64,000 nucleotides of DNA from an uncultured Gammaproteobacteria bacterium (GCA_964493305.1 CAZBLW010000001.1:384037-448036), one strand, 5' to 3'; counted from the stretch's first letter, positions 27,472 through 37,962 are shown. Notes: generated from the letters alone by a model not told the origin. Numbers and translations: made by a program.

Positions 27472-27903
27472 ATGTTTATCGGCGAATTTCATCATAGTAT
27501 CGATGATAAAGGCAGGTTAGCAATACCGGTTAAATTTCGCAGTGCTTTTAAAAGCGGAGCAGTTGTTACTCGAGGATTAGATAAGTCTTTGTTTTTATAC
27601 ACCAATCAAGAATGGAAAAAGTATGCAGTAAAATTAGCTAATTTACCGATTTCACAAAGCAAATCCAGAGCCTTTGCTAGATTGATGTTAGCTGGAGCTA
27701 TGGATGTTGCTTTAGATAAGCAGGGTAGAATCGTTTTACCTGACTATTTACGAGCTTACAGTACTTTAAATAAAAAAGCAGTGGTGGCTGGTTTGGGTGA
27801 TCGAGTAGAAATTTGGTCTGAGGAAGAATGGGAAAGGTATAAATTGCAAACCGAGAGTTCAAGTAATGATATTGCTGAAGCCTTGGGTGAACTTGGGGTT
27901 TGA
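27472..27903 (+). CDS. mraZ: Division/cell wall cluster repressor MraZ
   Basis: MFIGEFHHSIDDKGRLAIP, DKQGRI, RVEIWS. Confidence 0.97.
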   Translation: MFIGEFHHSIDDKGRLAIPVKFRSAFKSGAVVTRGLDKSLFLYTNQEWKKYAVKLANLPISQSKSRAFARLMLAGAMDVALDKQGRIVLPDYLRAYSTLNKKAVVAGLGDRVEIWSEEEWERYKLQTESSSNDIAEALGELGV

Positions 27904-27908
27904 GTTTT

Positions 27909-28853
27909 ATGACACCAGGTAAACATATACCCGTTCTTTTAGAGGAAGTAATTAATTTTATTCAACCGCAGTCCAATGCCAATTATATTGATGCTACTTT
28001 AGGTGGCGGGGGATATACCGAGCGATTATTGCAAGAAAATAAACCCCAAGGACAAGTAATGTGTTTTGATCTGGATCAGTCTGCCATTTTGTTAGGCCAA
28101 AAAAAGTTTATAAAAGATCAAAACAGAATAATATTTATCAATGATAATTTTTCCAAAATTAAAACAAAAATAAATGAATATAAATTTTTTAAAATTGGCG
28201 GTATTGTATGTGACCTGGGCTATTCCACTTTACAGATCGAAGATGATCGAAGGGGGTTTAGCTTTAAAAGCGAAGGAGAACTTGATCTTAGGTTTAGTAC
28301 ACAAACAGCACTAACTGCTACAGAAATTTTGCAGGAGTGGTCAGGAGAAAAGATTGCCGATATTTTAAAAAGATATGGCGAAGAACCTCTAGCTAAGAAA
28401 ATTGCTCAATTAATTGTTACTACTAGACAAAAAACAAAAATTACCGGGCGAGTGCTAAGAGAGATAGTTGAGAGGGTGTATGTCAAAAAATGGTCTACAC
28501 CCTCAAGAATCCATCCGGCTACTCGAACTTGGCAAGCATTACGTATAGAAGTTAATCAAGAATTAATACATCTGCAGAATTTCTTAGTAGACGCAGTTGC
28601 GGTTATGCCTCCAGGTAGTAGGTTAGCAATAGTCAGTTTCCATTCTTTAGAGGATAAAATTGTTAAGCATTATTTTCAGCAAGAAGCCAAAGATTGTATC
28701 TGTCCAAAAGAATTGGCTAAATGTATTTGTCAGCACCGAGCTCAGTTGAAAATATTGACTAAAAAGCCAGTAGTCGCTAGTGAGCAAGAAGTGAGTAACA
28801 ATCCCAGATCGCGCTCAGCTAAATTGAGAGTTATAGAAAAATTAAATAATTAA
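27909..28853 (+). CDS. rsmH: 16S rRNA m4C1402 methyltransferase
   Basis: HIPVLLEE, DATLGGGG, RGFSF, QALRIEVN, SFHSLED, NPRSRSAKLR. Confidence 0.97.
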   Translation: MTPGKHIPVLLEEVINFIQPQSNANYIDATLGGGGYTERLLQENKPQGQVMCFDLDQSAILLGQKKFIKDQNRIIFINDNFSKIKTKINEYKFFKIGGIVCDLGYSTLQIEDDRRGFSFKSEGELDLRFSTQTALTATEILQEWSGEKIADILKRYGEEPLAKKIAQLIVTTRQKTKITGRVLREIVERVYVKKWSTPSRIHPATRTWQALRIEVNQELIHLQNFLVDAVAVMPPGSRLAIVSFHSLEDKIVKHYFQQEAKDCICPKELAKCICQHRAQLKILTKKPVVASEQEVSNNPRSRSAKLRVIEKLNN

Positions 28854-28875
28854 TAAATTTTTAAACTAAAAACCC

Positions 28876-29199
28876 ATGCTTTGTCGCCCCCATAACAAAA
28901 ATAAAAACAATAAGATTAATTTAATTTCTTTCCGTTTAGGATTATTTGTTTTGTTGATAATAATTGGTTTAGCTTACGTTTGGCAAATTAGCCAAGTATC
29001 TACCCAGGGTTATTATCTTAAAGATTTGGAAAGAACCATAAGTATCTTAGAACAACAAAACGAAAGATTTAATTTAGAGGCGTCACAGTTGAGTGCTTTA
29101 TCTAGAATCGATAGTGAAATAAGTAGGTTAGGATTGGTAAAAAATGACGCAGTGGTTTATTTGACAGAAACTACTGAAGTAGTAGCGCGTAATAAATAA
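28876..29199 (+). CDS. FtsL-like cell division protein
   Basis: Single TM plus coiled coil; position between rsmH and PBP. Confidence 0.65.
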   Translation: MLCRPHNKNKNNKINLISFRLGLFVLLIIIGLAYVWQISQVSTQGYYLKDLERTISILEQQNERFNLEASQLSALSRIDSEISRLGLVKNDAVVYLTETTEVVARNK

Positions 29200-29210
29200 T
29201 TTTTTCGCCT

Positions 29211-30965
29211 ATGATGGTCAAGGCGAACAGAAGAAAAGTAAAAAAGTTTGCTGATTTAAGGCTAACTTTTTTTATTGTATTTATATCCTTAGTGATTTTA
29301 TTTATTTTTAGTCGTTTATTTTGGTTGCAAGTAAAAGAAAGAGATTTTTATAAAAAATTAGCTTCTGGTCAACATCAGATATTAAGCGAACTCATCCCCG
29401 AAAGAGGTGAAATATACATGCAAGATAAAGATGGTAATTTACAGCCATTAGCACAAAATCGGGTTTTATATATGTTATATGCGGTACCAAAAGATTTTGA
29501 CAAAAATGTTTTGGATATTATCAACCCTTTAAAAGATTTTTTTCAATGGGATGATGAAACAACACAATTTTTTTTAAATCGTTTGTCGGTCCAGGATGAT
29601 CCTTTCGAACAAATTAAAAAGGGATTAGATGAAGGTCAAAAAAAACAAATAGAAAGTTGGCAAATAAAAGGTTTAAATTTTATCGAGGAAAAATCAAGAT
29701 ATTATCCCAATCAAGCAATTGGTGCCAATCTGTCGGGTTTTTATAGTTTCAAATCCGATCAACCCACCGGTCAGTATGGGTTAGAAGGTTATTTTGAAAA
29801 GGAATTAGCTGGAAGGGGTGGAATTATTGATTCAGAAAGAGATGCTGCCGGTCGTTTAATTACAGTCGGAGCTAGAAACTTTACTTCAGCAGTCAATGGC
29901 TCAGATTTGGTCTTAACTATTGATCCCAGCATCGAATACATCGCCTGCCAAAAATTAGATGAATATGTTTCCCAGCTAGGAGCTAAGGGGGGAGAAGTAA
30001 TTATTTTAGATCCCAAGACCGGTGGATTATTGGCAATGTGTTCGTATCCTAGTTTTGATCCTAACAATTATTTTAATACAACTAATATCGAAGATTTTAA
30101 AAATCCAGCCGTTAGTGACCAATACGAACCCGGGTCAATTTTTAAACCGATTACTATGGCGGCTGCATTGGATTTAAAAAAAGTAACGCCGAATTTTACT
30201 TATCGTGATGAAGGTTGCCGCTTAATTTCCGGTTGGCCTAAACCAATTTGTAATTCCGATGTCAGTATTTTACCCCAAGGACACGGGATAGTTTCAATGA
30301 CCGATGTCTTAATCAATTCTTTGAATACGGGAGCGATGTATTTGATTGATCAAATCGGTGAACAGACTTTTAAAAAATATCTCCAAGCATTTGGTTTTGG
30401 TGATCTTACCAATATTACCTTACCCGGTGAGGCCAGCGGTAATATTGCCAACATTGGTGATCGTCCTATTTATGCTTATACGGCATCATTTGGACAAGGA
30501 ATTACTGTAACTCCATTGCAAATGGTCGCTGCCTATGCGGCTATTGCCAATGGTGGCGAATTATTAAAACCATATGTTGTGGCAGAAATTAGAAAATCAG
30601 ACGGAACAATTGAAAAAAATGAAAAAAAAGTGATAAGGCAAGTCGTGTCTCCAGAAGTATCGGTTTTACTTTCCGGAATGTTAGTTTCAGTGATTGAAGA
30701 TGGTCATGGTTGGCGGGCTGGCGTGCCTGGTTATTATTTAGCTGGAAAAACAGGAACCGCCCAAGTGCCCTCACCACAAGGAGGTTACTCTGACGAAACA
30801 ATCCATTCCTTTATTGGCTTTGGTCCCATAGACGATCCTCAATTTGTTATGATAACTAAACTAGATAATCCGGGAACTCGTTTTGCCGAATCATCAGCCG
30901 CACCTCTGTTTGGTGATATCGCAAAATTTATTTTGCAGTATTATCAAATACCGCCCAGTCGCTAA
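29211..30965 (+). CDS. ftsI: Class B penicillin-binding protein (FtsI/PBP2-like)
   Basis: YEPGSIFK (SxxK), SLN (SxN), GKTGTAQ. Confidence 0.9.
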   Translation: MMVKANRRKVKKFADLRLTFFIVFISLVILFIFSRLFWLQVKERDFYKKLASGQHQILSELIPERGEIYMQDKDGNLQPLAQNRVLYMLYAVPKDFDKNVLDIINPLKDFFQWDDETTQFFLNRLSVQDDPFEQIKKGLDEGQKKQIESWQIKGLNFIEEKSRYYPNQAIGANLSGFYSFKSDQPTGQYGLEGYFEKELAGRGGIIDSERDAAGRLITVGARNFTSAVNGSDLVLTIDPSIEYIACQKLDEYVSQLGAKGGEVIILDPKTGGLLAMCSYPSFDPNNYFNTTNIEDFKNPAVSDQYEPGSIFKPITMAAALDLKKVTPNFTYRDEGCRLISGWPKPICNSDVSILPQGHGIVSMTDVLINSLNTGAMYLIDQIGEQTFKKYLQAFGFGDLTNITLPGEASGNIANIGDRPIYAYTASFGQGITVTPLQMVAAYAAIANGGELLKPYVVAEIRKSDGTIEKNEKKVIRQVVSPEVSVLLSGMLVSVIEDGHGWRAGVPGYYLAGKTGTAQVPSPQGGYSDETIHSFIGFGPIDDPQFVMITKLDNPGTRFAESSAAPLFGDIAKFILQYYQIPPSR

Positions 30966-31003
30966 TTGTATTTATTTTTATTAGGTTTAAAATTAAGATA
31001 GCT

Positions 31004-32293
31004 ATGAAAAAAACAATAATTTGGTTATTGAAAGTAATTGCTAAGTTGATATTAAAAAAATATCAACCCTTGGTAGTGGGGATTACTGGTTCGGTTGGTA
31101 AAACTTCAACTAAAGAAGCAATTTATTCCGTTTTACAAAAAAAGTATACTGTCCGCAGAAGTCAAGGAAATTTCAATAATGAAATTGGTGTTCCTTTGAC
31201 TATTATCGGTTTTACCAGTCCAGGCAAAAACATTATTGCCTGGTTAAAAGTGTTTTGGAAATCATTTAGTTTGTTGTTATTTAAACACAGTTATCCAGAA
31301 GTTTTAGTTTTGGAAATGGGAGCTGATCATCCGGGAGATATTTATTATTTAACTTCATTTGTACCAATTGATGTAGGTGTTTTGACGGCTATTGCCCCTG
31401 TTCATTTAGAATTTTTTAAAAAAATTGAAAATATTTTAAAAGAGAAACAAATTCTTATTGAACGCGTGAAGAAAAATGGTGCGGCTATTTTAAATGGAGA
31501 TGATTGGCTGGTAAAACAAGTTAGTCAAAAAACCAAAGCCAAAGTTTTTACTTTTGGATTACAGACTGACAACTCAGTGCAAGCAGTGGAAATAAAATTA
31601 TCTACTGGTACAGAAAATTCTGAACAAGAAATGAAAGGCTTATCATTTAAATTGGTCTATGGTGGCAATAGTATCCCGATTTTTTTACCTGGTGTATTAG
31701 GAAGACACCAAGTTTATGCTGCTCTGTCAGCTGCTGCTGTTGGACTTGCTTTAGATTGTAACTTAGTTGATATTGCCGATGCTTTGCAACGCTTTCAATC
31801 ACCAAAGGGTAGGATGAATCTAATTATTGGAGTAAAAAATTCAATAATTATTGACGATACTTACAATTCATCACCAGCGGCAGCCAAAGCAGCTTTGGCG
31901 GTGCTTGATGAGATTCCCACTAAACCAACTAGCAGAAAACTGGCAGTTTTTGGTGACATGTTAGAATTGGGAAATTACACCGAACAAGGTCACCGCGAAG
32001 TTGGTCATAAAGCTGCAGAAATAAATATTGATTTTTTATTGTGCGTCGGTGAAAGATCAAGAGATATTGGTTATGGAGCAAAAGAAGCTGGTATGGGAGA
32101 AGAAAGGATATATTATTTTTCTGATAACGCCAAGGCGATTGACTTTTTACAAAGATTGATGAAAACCGATGATTTAATATTGGTTAAAGGATCGCAAGGC
32201 GCTAGAATGGAGCAAGTGGTAAAGGCGGTAATGGCCTATCCAGAAAATGCTAAACAATTGTTGGTCAGACAAGATAAACCCTGGGTAAATTAA
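31004..32293 (+). CDS. murF: UDP-MurNAc-tripeptide:D-Ala-D-Ala ligase
   Basis: ITGSVGKTSTKE, NNEIGVPL, DDTYNSSP, GDMLELG, LVKGSQ. Confidence 0.92.
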   Translation: MKKTIIWLLKVIAKLILKKYQPLVVGITGSVGKTSTKEAIYSVLQKKYTVRRSQGNFNNEIGVPLTIIGFTSPGKNIIAWLKVFWKSFSLLLFKHSYPEVLVLEMGADHPGDIYYLTSFVPIDVGVLTAIAPVHLEFFKKIENILKEKQILIERVKKNGAAILNGDDWLVKQVSQKTKAKVFTFGLQTDNSVQAVEIKLSTGTENSEQEMKGLSFKLVYGGNSIPIFLPGVLGRHQVYAALSAAAVGLALDCNLVDIADALQRFQSPKGRMNLIIGVKNSIIIDDTYNSSPAAAKAALAVLDEIPTKPTSRKLAVFGDMLELGNYTEQGHREVGHKAAEINIDFLLCVGERSRDIGYGAKEAGMGEERIYYFSDNAKAIDFLQRLMKTDDLILVKGSQGARMEQVVKAVMAYPENAKQLLVRQDKPWVN

Positions 32294-32323
32294 AAAAACG
32301 TTCGCACTAGACCAACGTTTAAA

Positions 32324-32398
32324 TGGTACCGGTACGGGGAATCGAACCCCGATTACCAGGATGAGAACCTGGCGTCCTAACCGTTAGACGATACCGGC
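32324..32398 (-). tRNA. tRNA-Glu (anticodon CTC), CCA encoded
   Basis: Reverse complement GCCGGTATCGTCTAACGGTTAGGACGCCAGGTTCTCATCCTGGTAATCGGGGTTCGATTCCCCGTACCGGTACCA folds as a cloverleaf. Confidence 0.96.
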
Positions 32399-32441
32399 AA
32401 AATCTATTATATTAATAATATAAAAAAGTAGATAAAAATCA

Positions 32442-32984
32442 ATGTCGCAGCGAGAAAATATCGATAAATTTTTAAAACCTAAACCCGTTGGCCTGGGTTC
32501 TTATGAAGTAAATAAACAGGGTAAAATAAATAAGCGTAAAATCAGTGTCGATGAAGAGATAAAAAATGAGTTGTCATATTTTAAAAGTTCTAGTCGCGAA
32601 AAGTCACTCAATGATTTGGATAAAAAAATTTATGAAGATTCTGGTATTGCCGATTTGTTAACAGATGAGTTGGTCAATTCGGTATTGACTTCTTCTGGTT
32701 ACGCACAAAGATATGTCGAATATTTAGAAAATTCTTTATCAACTGAAGAATTAATAGTTTATTTAGATGATTTAGATTTAAAATTGATTACTATTTTATC
32801 TGGGTTAGAGAACTTAAAAAGTCAGGCAATAGAAAAACGTTTAGATTACCAAAATTTTGGTGATTATGCTGTTGATAAAGATATTAAATCCGAATATGAA
32901 AAATTAATTGATTATTTTGAGGTAATTATTGAACAAGGAAAGTCAGTCAGAGATTATCTGCAAACTAAAAAAATTAATCTATAA
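32442..32984 (+). CDS. Hypothetical protein (180 aa, charged, likely helical)
   Basis: Long ORF followed by a terminator; no motif recognised. Confidence 0.65.
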   Translation: MSQRENIDKFLKPKPVGLGSYEVNKQGKINKRKISVDEEIKNELSYFKSSSREKSLNDLDKKIYEDSGIADLLTDELVNSVLTSSGYAQRYVEYLENSLSTEELIVYLDDLDLKLITILSGLENLKSQAIEKRLDYQNFGDYAVDKDIKSEYEKLIDYFEVIIEQGKSVRDYLQTKKINL

Positions 32985-33016
32985 AAAAGCGACTCATAAT
33001 GAGTCGCTGTTTGTTT
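32983..33016. terminator. Bidirectional terminator
   Basis: AGCGACTCAT-a-ATGAGTCGCT inverted repeat flanked by A and T tracts. Confidence 0.75.
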
Positions 33017-33051
33017 GGTACAATTTCAATTCGTTAAATCATTAGCTTTTG

Positions 33052-33207
33052 CTAGCCAGGTTCTATGGTAAGGTCATAGCGATTAAGGGATTCAACGCAT
33101 TGCTTAGTTTGTGTACAAATTTTTGTACACTCATTGGTTGTACCAAAACAGAAGGGGATTAAAAAAGAACAAATACGGTTAAATATAACTTTTAGTTGAT
33201 CTATCAT
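33052..33207 (-). CDS. Unannotated 51-aa Cys-rich small protein
   Basis: MIDQLKVIFNRICSFLIPFCFGTTNECTKICTQTKQCVESLNRYDLTIEPG*; AGGAGGG SD; TTGACA-17-TATAGT promoter at 33262-33234. Confidence 0.65.
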   Translation of the reverse strand: MIDQLKVIFNRICSFLIPFCFGTTNECTKICTQTKQCVESLNRYDLTIEPG

Positions 33208-33297
33208 CAGACCCTCCTGTTTGATAGGATTTAACTATATTATCAGAAATTTGTTTTGTCAATTTGTCCTTGGGGAAAAAATGTGTATAATAATGAC

Positions 33298-34347
33298 ATG
33301 CCGTTACCAAAATTTATTAGTGAATTAATTTCTTGGTCAGCATTTAGAATCCCAGCTGATAGACAAACTAAAGTCTATGAACAAATTAAGGAAAACGCCA
33401 AAGGTGATTTTGATTTTTATACTTTAAGTTTTTTTTCGGCAGTTATTATAACCCTGGGATTAATTATTGATTCAGCCGCCGTAGTTATTGGCGGCATGTT
33501 GATCGCGCCATTAGTTTGGCCGATTTTTTTAATGTCTTTGTCCATATTAATGGGAAGAGGTAAAATTTTTGAAAACTCTCTTTTTACTTTTATAAAAGCC
33601 GTATTGATAATATTTTTAGTGGCTTTAGCAATTGGTTTTTTCTTACCACATATCAATAATGGAAAGGAAATTATTTCTCGAACACACCCCACTTTATACG
33701 AATTATTTATTGCCCTAGCTTCAGGTTTTGTGGGGGCTTTTGTTATTTCTTATCCCAAATTAGGCAACGCTATGGCTGGGGTTGTAGTAGCTGCGGCATT
33801 AGTTCCGCCCCTTGCTGTTACTGGTTTAGCGGTTTCACAAAATAATGTCGCTGCTGCTGGCGGCAGTTTATTGTTGTTTTTATCCAACTTGGTGGCGATT
33901 ATTTTTGCAGCTGGAGTATTATTTTTATTGGCTAAATTTAGGGGTCCGTCAACAAGTGAAGGTAAAGAGGTAAGACGTTCTAATATTCGTTGGTTTGCTT
34001 TACTTTTTTTAGTTGTATTGATTCCGTTGTATTTTATTACTACGCGGACAATTGTGCAGGAAAAAAGGTTAAAAATTGTGAGACAAGTTTTAGAAACTGA
34101 ATTGCCAGCCAGCAAAATTTCTGAACTGGACATTAAAGAAATTGATAAAATATTACAGGTAACAGTTACAGTACGCAGTGAACAAACCATCAATAAATTA
34201 CAAGTTACCGAACTTACCAATTTCTTGTCCGATAATTTCAATCGTTCTGTGATTTTGAAAATAGTAATAGTGCCTGTGGTGGAAGCGGGTAAACTGATAC
34301 CATCAACACTTATTGCTACTTCGACATCTACAGTTGTGCCGGAGTAA
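33298..34347 (+). CDS. TIGR00341/DUF389 family membrane protein
   Basis: SAAVVIGGMLIAPL, EIISRTHP, GVVVAAALVPPL. Confidence 0.88.
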   Translation: MPLPKFISELISWSAFRIPADRQTKVYEQIKENAKGDFDFYTLSFFSAVIITLGLIIDSAAVVIGGMLIAPLVWPIFLMSLSILMGRGKIFENSLFTFIKAVLIIFLVALAIGFFLPHINNGKEIISRTHPTLYELFIALASGFVGAFVISYPKLGNAMAGVVVAAALVPPLAVTGLAVSQNNVAAAGGSLLLFLSNLVAIIFAAGVLFLLAKFRGPSTSEGKEVRRSNIRWFALLFLVVLIPLYFITTRTIVQEKRLKIVRQVLETELPASKISELDIKEIDKILQVTVTVRSEQTINKLQVTELTNFLSDNFNRSVILKIVIVPVVEAGKLIPSTLIATSTSTVVPE

Positions 34348-34398
34348 ATTTTTTGCTATTCTTATTTTAGTTTTTATAATTAATAAAATAAAAAATAT

Positions 34399-35160
34399 AT
34401 GGATAAAAAACCGGGTTTGTTTGAGTATTTGGGTCCAGGAAAGTCTTTTGTTTTTGGTATTATTGCTACCTTACTAATAATTTTTAGTATTGGTTTTTGG
34501 TGGTTGTTATTAACTGGTGGAACTACGGAAACCGCCAAGAGTAATGATAAAGCTTTAGCTGATTTTAATCAGCCCAGCAACAATGCTCCCAGCGCTGCTG
34601 ATGCTACCGGCACGGTAGGACAAATAAATATGGCTCCAGTGACCAGTGATGATCATATTAGAGGGGATATTGAAACAGCCAAAGTGGTGATAGTAGAATT
34701 TTCTGATATTGATTGTCCGTTCTGTCAAAGATTTCATCCGACTATGCAACAAGTTCTGGCAGATTATCAAGGACAAGTGGCTTGGGTATACCGACACTTT
34801 CCGCTGGATTCTTTACATCCTGATGCCAGAAAAAAAGCTGAGGCTTCTGAATGCGTAGCAGCTTTGGGTGGCGAAGACGCCTTTTGGACATTCTTAGATA
34901 GATTATATGAAGAGAGTGTTGATGATTTACCTGGTTTTGCTAAAGCCGTGGGAGTAAATGAAGCTAATTTCAATGATTGTTTAACTAAAGGAACATATAA
35001 AGATAAAGTACAAAGTCAGTATCAGGATGCAATTAGTAGTGGAGGACAGGGGACGCCATATTCAGTAGCTTTAACTCGTGATGGACAAAAGGTACCAATT
35101 AGCGGAGCTCTGCCGATAGCCAACATAAAGTCTGTTATTGATCCCTTATTGCAAAATTAA
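34399..35160 (+). CDS. Membrane-anchored DsbA family oxidoreductase
   Basis: EFSDIDCPFC, YRHFPL, GTP cis-Pro loop. Confidence 0.9.
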   Translation: MDKKPGLFEYLGPGKSFVFGIIATLLIIFSIGFWWLLLTGGTTETAKSNDKALADFNQPSNNAPSAADATGTVGQINMAPVTSDDHIRGDIETAKVVIVEFSDIDCPFCQRFHPTMQQVLADYQGQVAWVYRHFPLDSLHPDARKKAEASECVAALGGEDAFWTFLDRLYEESVDDLPGFAKAVGVNEANFNDCLTKGTYKDKVQSQYQDAISSGGQGTPYSVALTRDGQKVPISGALPIANIKSVIDPLLQN

Positions 35161-35167
35161 ATTTACT

Positions 35168-35196
35168 AAAACCCCAGACTTGAGCTGGGGTTTTTT
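35168..35196 (+). terminator. Intrinsic terminator
   Basis: AAAACCCCAG...CTGGGGTTTT. Confidence 0.8.
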
Positions 35197-35246
35197 GTTG
35201 TAACATATTTTTAGTAATATTTAGAGTTTTTTGCTATAATAGCACT

Positions 35247-35972
35247 ATGGTAAGTGACAATCAGATTGATAAAAATAATTTAACACCTGTTAAACCAAAC
35301 AGTAAAAGAAAGTTTTATCAGTATTGGCGGTTTTGGATTACTTTGTTTGTGGTAATAGTAGTTTTGATTTGGGTGGCAGTGTCAATTTTATTGGCTTATT
35401 TAAATTCTCGTAGTGATAATTCTGCAAATGATACTACTATTTCAATGTATAGCACAAAAATTTATAGTACCACTGATCCCAGTTTAGGTAATAAATCAGC
35501 TGCTTTACAAGTGGTAGAATTTTCTGATTTTCAGTGTCCGTATTGTGCCCAAGCACACAGTATCGTGCGTGAGTTAGTAAAAAATTTTCCTGACGATATT
35601 TATTTTATTTATCGTGATTTTCCCATTGATGATATACATCCCCAGGCGAGATTGGCGGCTGAAGCTGCTCAGTGTGCCTATGATCAAGGTAAGTTTTGGG
35701 AATATCATGATTTATTGTTTCAAAATCAAGCTAAACTCGATTTGGGTTACTTATTGGTTTACGGACAAAGGTTAAATCTTGATTTAACCAAATTTACTAC
35801 TTGTTTAGAGGAAAATAAATATAGCAACGAAGTTAGTCAAGATTTAAGTGACGGCTATGATGTTGGCGTTAGAGCTACACCAACCTTTTTTATTAACGGA
35901 GAAAAAATCGAAGGAGTAATTCCTTATGAATCCTGGGTGAATTTAATTAATCTATCAAAAAACAATTTATGA
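35247..35972 (+). CDS. Membrane-anchored DsbA family oxidoreductase
   Basis: EFSDFQCPYC, YRDFP, ATPTFFING. Confidence 0.9.
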   Translation: MVSDNQIDKNNLTPVKPNSKRKFYQYWRFWITLFVVIVVLIWVAVSILLAYLNSRSDNSANDTTISMYSTKIYSTTDPSLGNKSAALQVVEFSDFQCPYCAQAHSIVRELVKNFPDDIYFIYRDFPIDDIHPQARLAAEAAQCAYDQGKFWEYHDLLFQNQAKLDLGYLLVYGQRLNLDLTKFTTCLEENKYSNEVSQDLSDGYDVGVRATPTFFINGEKIEGVIPYESWVNLINLSKNNL

Positions 35973-36946
35973 TGGAAGAAGCAATAAAAAATTTTCCTCA
36001 GCAATTTTCTTTTCAGCCAAAATATTCATCCCCAGCAAACTTTTCAAGTTTAAAAAAATTTATAGTTTGTGGTATGGGTGGTTCACATTTGGCTGCTGAT
36101 TTATTAAAAACTATAGATCCGACCACTGATCTATTGATTCATAGTGATTATGGTTTACCAAATTTATCACCAACCGACATAAAAAGTAGTTTATTTATTT
36201 TTAGCTCTTATAGCGGTAATACCGAAGAAACAATCGATGCTTATCATCAAGCCAAAAAACTTAATTTACCAAGTGTAGTCATAGCAGTTGGTGGAGTATT
36301 ATTGGAATTAGCTAAAAAAGATCAAGTGCCTTATATTCAGTTACCAGCAACCGGTATTCAACCCAGAAGCGCTTTAGGTTATAGTTTTTTAGCTCTTTTA
36401 ACCATCGTGGGTAACCATCATTTAATTGAACAAGCCAAACAGACAGCGCAAATATTGGAGAAAAAAATGACCGATCTAAAAATACAAGGGTTTGATTTAG
36501 CTGATGAAATTGTCGGTTTTGTACCGGTGATAATCAGTAGTCAAACAAATTTTAGTTTGGGTTATAATTGGAAAATTAAATTCAATGAAACCGGTAAAAT
36601 ACCCGCTTTCAACAATGTAGTACCAGAGTTAAATCACAATGAAATGACCGGCTTTGATTTGAATAATCGTAGCATTTATTTGGCCGATCGTTTTTATTTT
36701 TTGTTTTTGGTGGATGACAATGACCATCCCAGAATTCGTCGTCGGATGGAAGTGTTATTTCAAATCTATCATGAAAAAGGCTTGCCGGTTAAAAACATAT
36801 CTATCTCAGGATCAAATATAACTGACAAAGTTTTTTCTTGTTTGTTGTTGGCCGATTGGGCAGCTCTTAAAATTGCTCAACACTTTGATCATGAAGCCGA
36901 ACAGGTACCGATGGTCGAAGATTTTAAAAAAAGAATCAATCATTAA
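35969..36946 (+). CDS. Bifunctional phosphoglucose/phosphomannose isomerase (SIS fold)
   Basis: CGMGGS, SYSGNTEET, QPRSALG, NETGK, PELNHNE. Confidence 0.9.
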   Translation: MMEEAIKNFPQQFSFQPKYSSPANFSSLKKFIVCGMGGSHLAADLLKTIDPTTDLLIHSDYGLPNLSPTDIKSSLFIFSSYSGNTEETIDAYHQAKKLNLPSVVIAVGGVLLELAKKDQVPYIQLPATGIQPRSALGYSFLALLTIVGNHHLIEQAKQTAQILEKKMTDLKIQGFDLADEIVGFVPVIISSQTNFSLGYNWKIKFNETGKIPAFNNVVPELNHNEMTGFDLNNRSIYLADRFYFLFLVDDNDHPRIRRRMEVLFQIYHEKGLPVKNISISGSNITDKVFSCLLLADWAALKIAQHFDHEAEQVPMVEDFKKRINH

Positions 36947-36948
36947 AT

Positions 36949-37371
36949 ATGTGGATACTATTTGCCTTACTGGCAGCAATAAGCGCTGCTCTAGTAGCTA
37001 TCTTTGGTAAAATCGGTTTAAAAAATATTGACTCAACTTTAGCTACAACTATCCGTTCATTTGTTATGGCAACATTTTTATTGGTGGTCAGTTGGTTATT
37101 GGGTAAATGGCGTAATTTCGATTGGCAGAATATACAAAACCGAGATTGGTGGTTAATTGTGTTAGCTGGTATTGCCGGTGCTTTATCTTGGTTGTTTTAT
37201 TTTTATGCTCTTAAAACTGGGGCTGCCACTAAAGTGGCTGCTATTGATCGACTAAGTATAGTATTTGTTGTTTTATTGGCCGGGATTTTTCTAAGCGAAG
37301 GTTTTAGTTGGAAAAGTATTTTTGGCAGTCTGTTGATGGCTGTGGGGGCAATTTTAATAAGTTGGAAATAA
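36949..37371 (+). CDS. EamA family transporter (single domain)
   Basis: KIGLKNIDSTLATTIR, SWLFYFYALK, IDRLS. Confidence 0.88.
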   Translation: MWILFALLAAISAALVAIFGKIGLKNIDSTLATTIRSFVMATFLLVVSWLLGKWRNFDWQNIQNRDWWLIVLAGIAGALSWLFYFYALKTGAATKVAAIDRLSIVFVVLLAGIFLSEGFSWKSIFGSLLMAVGAILISWK

Positions 37372-37839
37372 ATGAATTTAACAATCGGAAAATTAGCACC
37401 AAATTTTACTTTAACTGACTATCAAGGCAGAAAATATTTACTAAGTGACTACCATGGTCAGTGGGTGGTATTGTATTTTTATCCCAAAGACAATACACCT
37501 GGCTGTACTATTGAAGCTTGTGCATTTCGAGACAACTTTTCTTTATATAAAAAAAATAAAATAAATTTATTTGGAATTAGCGCTGATAATAGTAATTCCC
37601 ATGAAAAGTTTATCAATAAATTTTCCTTACCTTTTATTTTATTGTCAGATGTCAGTAGGGAAGTAATAAAAAAATATCAGGTTCATAAAGTTAAAAATTT
37701 ATTTGGTAAAAAAGTACCATCTATTGTTAGGCGAACCTACGTGATTGACCCCCAAGGTAAAATTTTTAAAATTTATGAAAATTTTGATTTAACTAAACAC
37801 CCCTTAGCTATTATTTCGGATATTAAGTCTAATCAGTAA
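37372..37839 (+). CDS. bcp: Peroxiredoxin Bcp/PrxQ
   Basis: YFYPKDNTPGCTIEAC. Confidence 0.92.
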   Translation: MNLTIGKLAPNFTLTDYQGRKYLLSDYHGQWVVLYFYPKDNTPGCTIEACAFRDNFSLYKKNKINLFGISADNSNSHEKFINKFSLPFILLSDVSREVIKKYQVHKVKNLFGKKVPSIVRRTYVIDPQGKIFKIYENFDLTKHPLAIISDIKSNQ

Positions 37840-37906
37840 TCAATAAAACTCGTTTTTTGGTCATAATTATAATTAGCTTATAAAAAGTTTATATAGTTAC
37901 ACATAT

Positions 37907-37935
37907 TTGACAGAATAGCAAAAATTTGGTATACT
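37907..37935 (+). promoter_or_regulatory. Sigma70 promoter
   Basis: TTGACA-17-TATACT. Confidence 0.7.
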
Positions 37936-37962
37936 TATAATAAGTAGATAAAAGTTTAAAGT

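Noticed and set aside
32324-33250. tRNA-Glu as the integration site of an island or prophage
   Set aside because: I saw no integrase, no duplicated tRNA 3' end and no phage genes in the window.
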